A stretch of DNA of 57,463 nucleotides. Source: Octopus bimaculoides (lineage: Eukaryota). Location of the stretch: assembly GCF_001194135.2 (NCBI RefSeq), contig NC_068985.1, forward strand, positions 69,860,068-69,917,530, read 5' to 3'. A program made the position numbers and the translations under genes. Each line of letters begins with the position of its first letter. Positions within the stretch are counted from its first letter, which is position 1. Positions 48,421 to 57,463 of the stretch are shown here, one piece after another. The notes beneath the pieces are model-generated. The model saw nothing but the letters and a program-made list of their open reading frames with translations, was not told where the DNA came from and searched no databases.

Positions 48421-50409
48421 GCAGACAGACAGACAGTAGGAGACAGGAAGAGAGTAATAGAAAGGAAAATAAAATAAGAAACATTCATCTGCATCTGTGT
48501 CTGTGCTAGAAACATCTATTCATAGAGAAATTCTATTTAACAAACTTAAAACAGAATTAGTCGTATTCTGAACAGAAATTCAGGAAAAAAATCTATTTCA
48601 TATAGACACATCAATGAATGAGTGAGTGTTAATTTTCATTGAGTAGTTTGAATATCAGCTTATGTGTTTTGTTGGTGTAAATCATCTAAAAATCTCAAAT
48701 TTATTTCCTTGATCCGCATTGAAAGCGAGAGCGAGATTATGTAAATCTTATGTGTAAAAATGGTAAATGAAAATAATTCTTTCCCAACATATACGATAAG
48801 ATTCCTACCTATGCCATGAGACCATTTTCTAAGTGGAGTATCTTGTACAAATTGGTTCAGAATTTTGCAGAGAAATTCAATATAGATTGCACTTGATCGA
48901 ACTCAAAATACCGTATCTGAAATTCAAAGGATCAATTTTGTCACAATCTATCTGGCCGATTCTACTTTAAGAATATATATAAACCTGTAGAATACTCAGT
49001 CTCTTGTATGAAGGCAGAAGACGAGTATTAGTTTCCTAATATACTATAGCGTAACTTTAAATATGCAAGTAAGAAACACCTGTAATATTATTCTGAATAC
49101 ACTCATCAATGTTTCAAATCCTTCTCTTTTATGTTCTACTTAAGATGCGAGTGTGATGCCAGACCAACATATTTGCTTATCAACGCAAAAATACATTCGG
49201 CCGTCACATCAGAACAACACAAAAGATATGACAACAGGTTGCACACAAAAAACTTACCAGTATTCAATTATGCCGGTATATAAAAATTTTTTGTGATTTG
49301 AAATCAGCACATATAATGCCGGAGTAAATAAAAGGAATACCGTCCAACATTTTAGTGTTCCAGTAAAATCACATGTGTGAGTGTTTGTATGTGCTGCATT
49401 TCTGTTCTTCGTAACTTGCAATAAAATTCTTTCGTTTCTGCGATTAATGTGGGTGTGTTTGTTGTTGATGTGCCTTGAAAAATTCTCTATTGTTTAGTGG
49501 ATTTCTAGTACTGCTTGAACGACTGTACACTTCTGCAAACACGAAGCTGACAGCCCAAAGATATTATCTATTCAACCTGAAAGACTAAAAACATGATTTA
49601 TTCAGTTACTTTTAAGTAATATATTTTTTTAGTTTCATACGAAGTACATGTGGTGGGTGGTAAATTATATTAAGTTTACTTCACTTCGTCTGTTTTTCTT
49701 CATTTATTTTTAGAATTTAATTTTTCATTTTATTGTTTGCTTTGTTAAAATAAAAAAAAAATGTATTGTGCAAAAGTCGGAAAGAAATCTAGAATAAAGA
49801 CTAATATCTATTAAAAGAAAAAGGTAAAAACCAGAGAAAAGAAAACCATTTGTTTCAATGTTTTGTTTGCTTTAGTTTGGTTTATGTATTTATGTATATA
49901 TGCATGTATAGGTAAGATAGTTTGAGTATGCATAATTTGTATGCGTTTGCATTTACATACATACATACCTATATAGATACATACACACACACATACACAA
50001 ATACACACCCAGACACATATAAACACACACACATATGTATATACATATATATAGAGAGAGAAATGGGAGATGTCTATATGTATCTACATATATACGTATA
50101 TATGTGCGCGTTTGTATGTGCATGAGTATATGTAATATAAAAATACGGATACGCACACGTATATAAAAATACATAATTTTATAGATATATACGCATAAAT
50201 ATATATGCATTATATATATACATATATGTTAGAGTGTATCTGAGTGTTTGTATGTGTATGAATATATATGCATTTCTCTTCGTTTCTGTACAGATATATA
50301 TGAATATATATATTTATTTATATAAATCCATCTATGCTTGCATATGCCTGTTTCTATCTTTAAATTAATGTATGTGCATATGTATGTGTTTTTGATTGTG
50401 TGTTACCTA

Positions 50410-50448
<39 letters not shown>

Positions 50449-50924
50449 ATAGTATTTAAAAATCAAGTATGATCGACACATGCACAAGGTCACACCGGCA
50501 TACACAGACACACAGAGAGTTGAACTGAATTATTTTTCCTCTAAAAAAATCTTCTTTATATTCCACACACATCTTATAGTCTAAGCACAAACTTTACTTT
50601 CTATTTGAATATTGAATAATATACTGGTTTTTGTTGCTGTTTATTGGAACATTTCTCTTTCTGGAGCTATCTCAGCTTGGAATTTAAAGTAAATTATATA
50701 CCGAAAATATATCTGCTGCGTTGGTTTAGTGTTTTGTGTCATCATTTTTCTAAGTTCATAATATAAGTGGAGCTGTAGTTATTTATTGTTTTTAAATTAT
50801 ATGTTAACCATTACCATGCCGTTATATGACTTAAGTTTTACAGTCAGGCCCACAACTCTAAATCCAAACCTATCTTATTTTGAAACTACATGTTTATTTT
50901 GCTTCTTTCTTTCATATTTTAACT

Positions 50925-51195
50925 GTTCCAGCCATTAGGGCGTTGCCGTGCTGGGGCTCCACCGTGAATGTTTAGTCAAACAAAATGGTACATGTACTTA
51001 TTTTTCAGACCAAGTACTTTTTCGGTTACATTGTTTCGTCGAACCGTTAAGTGATAGGGACATAAACAAACCAACCTTAGTTGTACAGCGATGTTGGAGA
51101 ATAAAGACAAATACACGTAGATGTACAGACACGCATAAGACGGGCTCTTCCCACTTCCCGCTACCAAATACATTCACAAGCTTTTGGTCGGTGCC
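50925..51195 (-). mobile_element. SINE body (third family), decayed
   Basis: CAGCCATTAGGGCGTTGCCGTGCTGGGGCTCCACC...GAACCGTTAAGTGATAGGGACATAAAC...CTACCAAATACATTCACAAGCTTTTGGTCGG. Recognised from memory as an abundant Octopus SINE; not database-verified. Confidence 0.6.
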
Positions 51196-51222
51196 ATTGA
51201 TATTTTCTATTATGATAAATGA

Positions 51223-52115
51223 AGCTTCATTTTATCATGAAGAAGAGCAAACAAGTTCTTAGTGAGTTCAGGCAAAATGCACAGGTTAAACAGGATGATT
51301 GAATTGTGACAGATTTCGCTGTAAAGAAGGTGAAATCAAAAGCAAAACCAAAAGCGTTTGGGCAATTGGCTGATTGGTGGGAACAAAAACCTGTGAATGG
51401 CAAATATGTGGGCCGTAGCAAACAAACTGATGTACCCCAGAAGCACGCTCATCAGTGGCTATGGAGCTCAGTGCGAAAGGCAAAGAGTGAAGGCTTTATC
51501 TTGGCTGATCAAGATCAGAGCTTATTGATCCGGAACTACCAAGTCAATGTGATATAGACAAAAAGTGAGATACTGCAACAATAAGATTGAAACAGTGGAC
51601 CTCCTAATCTCTGGGTGTAAGGTTTTAGGACCAGTTGAGTATAAATCGAGACATGACTGAGTTAGCCAATATCTTCAATGGATAATATGTTGGCATTAGA
51701 AGATGAAGACTGCAGACATATGGTATATGCACAACACTGACTCTGTAACTGAGGGGAAAATGTAACGTTTTTTTTGGAACATTCCAGTATACACAGACTG
51801 GAGAAGCAAAGCTAACAACCCAGATAGTATTGTGAAAGAATAAAACAATGAAATGTGTATATTGATTGACGTGAGCATACCTTGTGATCATCATATCTCG
51901 GCAGAAGAATTTCATAAGTCCAGAAAATATAAACATTTGTTGATTGGAAAAAAAAAAAAGCTTTACAATACTAGTGATTGTAGGAGTTTTTGGAATGATC
52001 CAAAAAGAAATTGAAAATTATTTGAGGATGATCCGTGTCTTACCATTCATGCAGGAAGTGCAAGAGATTGTGTTAACCCTTAGGACACTCGTACTGAGAA
52101 GAGCATTTTCACTGT
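51223..52115 (+). mobile_element. R4/Dong-clade LINE 3' fragment (CCHC + restriction-like endonuclease), degraded
   Basis: WEQKPVNGKY...EGFILADQDQSL, RYCNNKIETVDLLISGC, RHD, ANNPD...ILIDVSIP, IVGVFG. Confidence 0.85.
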
Positions 52116-52469
52116 GAATATTTTAACCTTTTCACCTTCATTTTCCTTGTTTCCTTTCTTACATTCTTCCTTTTTAGCTTCTTTCCTTTTTCCTCTCTGT
52201 CCGTCTTTTCTATCACATGTCTTTGTAAATGAACCATCTGGTGTATTCATCTTAATGGCCTACCAATGTATACAGTAAGTATTTTGCTCTAGGTGTTTGG
52301 AAGACATTCGGCAGGAAATGGAAACAAAATTGAAAGAAGATATTGATGGCTTCTGACCTTAACTGATTGGAGGTCTTATCGTGTACATGTTTTTTGCTTG
52401 GTATAAAATATGGAGTACAGAAAATATTTTTGTTCAATACTACAAATTTGGCCGTAAGCAGTTAAGCAT

Positions 52470-52907
52470 ATCATTTAGTGGTTGCCCAGTCCTGGCTAAG
52501 AAGGAATATATTCACAGACACGACAGAGCTGGGACCTATATACACTGGAAGCTATGCCAACACTATGGAATAACAACAGAAAAAAGATGGTATAAACACA
52601 CGCCAGAAAAGGTCACAGAAAACGAGAAAGCAACCATACTCTAGGATATGCCAATACACACAGATAGAGAAATTAAGGTAAATAGACCAGATATAGTTGT
52701 CAAAGATCATGAAGAAAAAAATGCTTTCTAATTGATATATCAATACCAGCAGATGACAACGTTTCTCGAAAAGAAATGGAAAAACTTTCAAAATACGAAG
52801 ACCTGGAAATAGAGATAACTCGAATGTGGAGTCTAAAAACAGAAACAATTCCTATCATAGTAGGTGCCTTAGGTATAATAAAAAAATATTCAATCAAATA
52901 CATAACA
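52470..52907 (+). mobile_element. Second R4/Dong-clade LINE 3' fragment, running into a gap
   Basis: SGCPVLAKKEYIHRHDR...HWKLC...WYKHTPE, NRPDIVVKD...LIDISIP, KLSKYEDL...IPIIVGALG. Confidence 0.9.
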
Positions 52908-53340
52908 NNNNNNNNNNNNNNNNNNNNNNNNNNNNNNNNNNNNNNNNNNNNNNNNNNNNNNNNNNNNNNNNNNNNNNNNNNNNNNNNNNNNNNNNNNNNN
53001 NNNNNNNNNNNNNNNNNNNNNNNNNNNNNNNNNNNNNNNNNNNNNNNNNNNNNNNNNNNNNNNNNNNNNNNNNNNNNNNNNNNNNNNNNNNNNNNNNNNN
53101 NNNNNNNNNNNNNNNNNNNNNNNNNNNNNNNNNNNNNNNNNNNNNNNNNNNNNNNNNNNNNNNNNNNNNNNNNNNNNNNNNNNNNNNNNNNNNNNNNNNN
53201 NNNNNNNNNNNNNNNNNNNNNNNNNNNNNNNNNNNNNNNNNNNNNNNNNNNNNNNNNNNNNNNNNNNNNNNNNNNNNNNNNNNNNNNNNNNNNNNNNNNN
53301 NNNNNNNNNNNNNNNNNNNNNNNNNNNNNNNNNNNNNNNA

Positions 53341-53352
53341 ATGATGATGATG

Positions 53353-53392
<40 letters not shown>

Positions 53393-53406
53393 TGATTGTG
53401 ATGATG

Positions 53407-53482
<76 letters not shown>

Positions 53483-53496
53483 TAATAATAATAATG
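53341..53496. repeat. (AAT)n/(GAT)n microsatellite
   Basis: Directly visible; it borders the 5' end of the LINE at 53530. Confidence 0.95.
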
Positions 53497-53529
53497 TTAT
53501 TGCATGTTATCACTTTTGGTAGAGAAGGG

Positions 53530-56307
53530 TATGTTCAAAGTAACTGAGCAGATATTAGAAGATCAAGATAATGCTTTTTAGAGAAGAAAGTGGTTGACAG
53601 AATTGGAGGTAGCGGAGTTCACACGAGTAACAGTAAGGAAATACCAAGCAGTAGGAAAGACAAACAACATAAGAGATACAGCTCAGACCAAAGAAGAACC
53701 TAAAGTAAAAAAATAATATCGCTCTCAATAAAGAAGGGACAACTCGCGCCAGCAACTTATGGGATTTAAGTTCGAAATTCAGAAGATTTTAGATGAGTTG
53801 CAGGAAGTGATAAGTAAAGAAGTAAGAAAAAAATTGTTAGCATTAAAAGGCACAAACAGAAGGAAGCTGCTAGAAATGATTAGGAAACTAAATTCTAGTA
53901 TCAGTATGATAGATACTAAAAATATAGGAGACATTAACTTATTGATGTATGCAGGAGTGGTAGTAGTAACTAGAAAATTAGTTATCTCACAGGGAAAGAT
54001 TAAAAAAGAGGAAATATGGAAAATGAGAGTACAGAATAAAGTGAAGATTTTAAGACAAGATCGGAGTAAAATAGAAGACTGCAAACTGAACAATTTAGGA
54101 AACACCACAAGCAAATCTTCGCTCTAGAAGACAGTAATAGAAGTGTTGAAACAGCGTATCATATCATTAGCAGGCTAGCTCTCTAGATATCAGAAAAGAA
54201 CAGATCAGTGTTGACAGAAAAGATTAGTTGAGACAAACAAGAGGAGAGTTTACAACCAAATAATTAGTGGAAATCTAAGTACTCCAGATTAGAAGCCTAA
54301 TGTAGAAGAAGCTAGAAATTTCTGGAGTAATATTTGGTATAAGCCATTCAATTATAATTAGAGATGTAGTATAGTTAAACAAAGTGAAGGAAGAAGTAGT
54401 GAGTTAGAAGCAGCTAGATCTAAGATTAACTAGTGCATTAATGAGTAAAGTGTTAGGGAAATGACGAAGACCCAGGACCGGATTTAGTTTAAGTGTAATG
54501 GCTAAAGAAATTTAGTTGCTTACATGATGATGGAACAACTTTAGGATTGCCTTAATGAAGGAATAATACCAGACTGGATGACTAGAGGAAGGACAATACT
54601 CATTTTGAAAGATAAGAGCAAGGATAGTACAAATAGTAACTATAGACCAATTACTTGCTTACTATTAGTGTGGAAGGTGTTAACAGGAATGCTTTCAGAA
54701 AGCATTTACGAGCACCTTGACAACCAGAATTTACCAGAAGAACAGAAAGGTTGCAGGAAGAAGGCTAGGGGCACGCATGATCAATTATACATAGACAATG
54801 AAGTTCAAAATGAAGCAAACGCTAGAAAGGAAAATCTAGCAATAACATGGATAGATTATAGGAAAGCCTATGTCATGATCCCACATTCATGGATAAGGGA
54901 ATGTTAGAGTATATTCAGTATAGCAGACGGCATAAAAGAATTAACTAGCTTTATCATGAAAAAAATGGAAAGAATATCTCTACACAGGTGACACACTCTT
55001 AAAGAAAGTTACTATCAAAAGATGAATGTTTCAGTGGGTCTAGTGCTCCACTTTAATATTTGTCCTATGTATGATCCCCCTCAATTTTGTATTAAGGAAG
55101 GCAAAGGCAGGGTATCAGTTCAGAAATAGTAAGGGAAACATTTGCCACTTTCTATTCATGAAGCTTTTTAGTAAGAATGAAAAGAGATAGATTGCTAAAA
55201 AAAAAAAAAAATATGAAGGACTCTTCAGCAAAGATATAGACATGGAATTTGGCATAGATTAGGTGCAATATTAAGAGACAAGTAGTCAACAGTGAAGGTA
55301 CCAGATGGCTATACAATAAATCATTGAAAGGAGGAGTTATAAGTATCTAGGAGTGTTAAAATCTGGCAGAAGACTAACTACAGAAATGAAAACGAAAATT
55401 TGGAATGTGTACATCCGAAAAGGGAGGAAACTAATGAAGTCAAAGCTAAATGGTCCGAATCTAGTGAAAGTTGCAAATACATGGGTAGTACCTTTACTTG
55501 GATGCTCAGTAACTTTAGTAGGTTGAACAAAAATTGAATTAGCAAAGGTAACCAGAAGAACTACTAAGGAATTCAATATGAATCGAGACCTCCACACAAG
55601 GGCAGGAGTAGAGAGATTATACTTACGTGGAAAAGAAGGCAGAAGAGGGTTAATATCAGTAGAAGATTGTGTGGAGTTAGCTAGAGTAGATATAGACTCC
55701 TATGTAGTTAAAAGTGAAGAAAATTCATTAAAAGCTGCTAGAGTCACAGCAAAACATAGGGAACCAAAAACCCAAACGATGTTAAAAACCAGAAAAAAGA
55801 ACAGAAATCATTAGACTGGCAGGAAAATGCGTTGCATGGTAGATTCCCAATGATAGTTTCATTAAATAGCAGTAGGGAGAATGGTTATGGTTGTAGAAAA
55901 GGATGTTGAAGAGGGAGACAGGAGGTGTGTTAATAGCTGCAGAAAATCAAGCATTAAGGACGAATTGGATAACAACCAAGGCAAACAAAGACTAAGTAAA
56001 TTCCCAATGTAGATTATGCAAATCAAAACAAGAAAACGTTATTCATATAGTAAATGAATGTAGTATGCAAGCACAGAATGTACAAGGACCTAGCTATTTA
56101 TTTACACGGACTATGGAAAGTCTGCGTAAAATGTATTCCAATAGTTATAGGTGCATTGGGAACTATCCTCAAAGATCTGGATAGACGAAATAAGCATAAA
56201 CCCAAATTTAGTACAGCTGAAGAAAACAGAAGGATACTTAGGATGGTTCTTGGCATCTTGTTGTAGCCCGATGTTAGGACTTTTGTTTTCCAACTGTCTG
56301 TTGACTG

Positions 56308-56310
<3 letters not shown>
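53530..56310 (+). mobile_element. About 2.8-kb R4/Dong-clade LINE with RT domain, degraded and internally deleted
   Basis: ORF 54578..54907 NYRPITCL...EEQKGCRK...DQLYID...WIDYRKAY..IPHSWI; YKYLG; VERLYL...GRRGLISVEDCV; CRLC...HIVNEC; IPIVIGALG. (AAT)n lies on both flanks. Confidence 0.92.
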
Positions 56311-56578
<268 letters not shown>

Positions 56579-56579
56579 G

Positions 56580-57075
56580 TGTTATCATGTACATTGTTTT
56601 GTCTAGGTTTAAAAGATGGGCTACAGCAAATCTTCTGCTCAATGCCATAGATTTGCTTGTCAGTTGGTTGACCTTAACCACTTGACTATGTCCCTTGGTG
56701 GCTGAAGATGTGTGTATCTCTGATCACGATCTGAAGTAGTGGGGGAGCATCTTAGCCCTGTGTTGAGAGGAATTTTTTGGGGCTTGGATAATTCACCTCT
56801 GGAAACGAGGCTGTTTTGTTCAACATCGTTAAACAGTTCTTATTCAGGGACCTTTTAAGTGAAATGGGCTATTCGTCCTGAAGAAAATTCTAGCTGGGTC
56901 CACATGCAAGTTCATGTTCTGTTTATATTGATCCATGTAACTGGTGTACCCTTATGAGACGGGCAGTCATGAAGGATATACTTGGCTTCGTATATTTTAC
57001 CCTAGTGTAACTTTGATGGCATGCACTGCTTTCTCACTCAATAATAATAATAATAACAATAATAATAATAATAAT
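56580..57075 (+). mobile_element. Interspersed repeat (SINE/LINE-tail-like) ending in CTCACTC(AAT)n
   Basis: A 460-bp higher-GC block between microsatellites with an (AAT)n tail. Family not identified. Confidence 0.45.
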
Positions 57076-57099
57076 GATGATGATGATGATAATAATAAT

Positions 57100-57298
57100 G
57101 CTTTCTAATCTAGTCACAAGGGCTGAACTTGTTGGAGAGGGGACTAGTCGTTTACATTGGCCCCAGTGCGTAATTGGTATTTATTTCATCAAACGCGAAA
57201 GGATGAAAGGCAAAATCGACCCTGGCGGAATTTGAACTCAGAACGTAAAGATGGATGAAATACCGCTAAACTTAACGATGTTGCCAGCTCACCGCCTT
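57100..57298 (-). mobile_element. tRNA-derived SINE (second family)
   Basis: Minus-strand head AAGGCGGTGAGCTGGCAAC...GTTCTGAGTTCAAATTCCGCCAGGGTCGATTTTGCCTTTCATCCTTTCG, with A-box and B-box-like motifs. Confidence 0.85.
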
Positions 57299-57300
57299 GA

Positions 57301-57463
<163 letters not shown>

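Noticed and set aside
11555-53547. Long ORFs containing X runs (for example 13872..14852, 19188..20488, 24238..25281, 39243..39781, 52776..53522)
   Set aside because: They stay open only because they cross N gaps; the flanks are (TA)n, (CA)n or (AAT)n translations.

Overview
AT-rich, repeat-dense eukaryotic genomic DNA with 12 assembly gaps (4,428 N, about 7.7%), most of them bordered by microsatellites. The SINE families, LINE spectrum and microsatellite load point to a coleoid cephalopod, most likely Octopus; this is an inference and no database was consulted. I recognise no host protein-coding exon, rRNA, tRNA gene or CRISPR array, so the window looks intronic or intergenic. Most listed ORFs are microsatellite or gap artefacts, and the recognisable rest are decayed transposon ORFs: Tc1, mariner, a DD37D/maT element, a Ty3/Gypsy RT fragment, R4/Dong, L1/Tx1 and RTE LINEs. 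There are also many tRNA-derived SINEs and several MITE or fold-back elements. The most notable signal is RNA-level. There are three unrelated hammerhead-ribozyme motifs. Two are minimal type I hammerheads with palindromic UCGA stem-III loops (6415-6457 +, intact core, in a roughly 289-bp tandem Penelope/retrozyme-like unit; 24185-24224 -, core with a 1-nt insertion). The third (42200-42265 +) has all three hammerhead strands, with perfect helix I (6 bp) and helix III (5 bp), but in the order substrate strand -> GAAA strand -> CUGAUGA strand. That order is not a circular permutation of types I/II/III and would need a double-pseudoknot fold. A fold-back array built from about 345-bp units (15.7-17.0 kb) and several other long inverted repeats are also present. 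All structure calls were made by eye and are untested.
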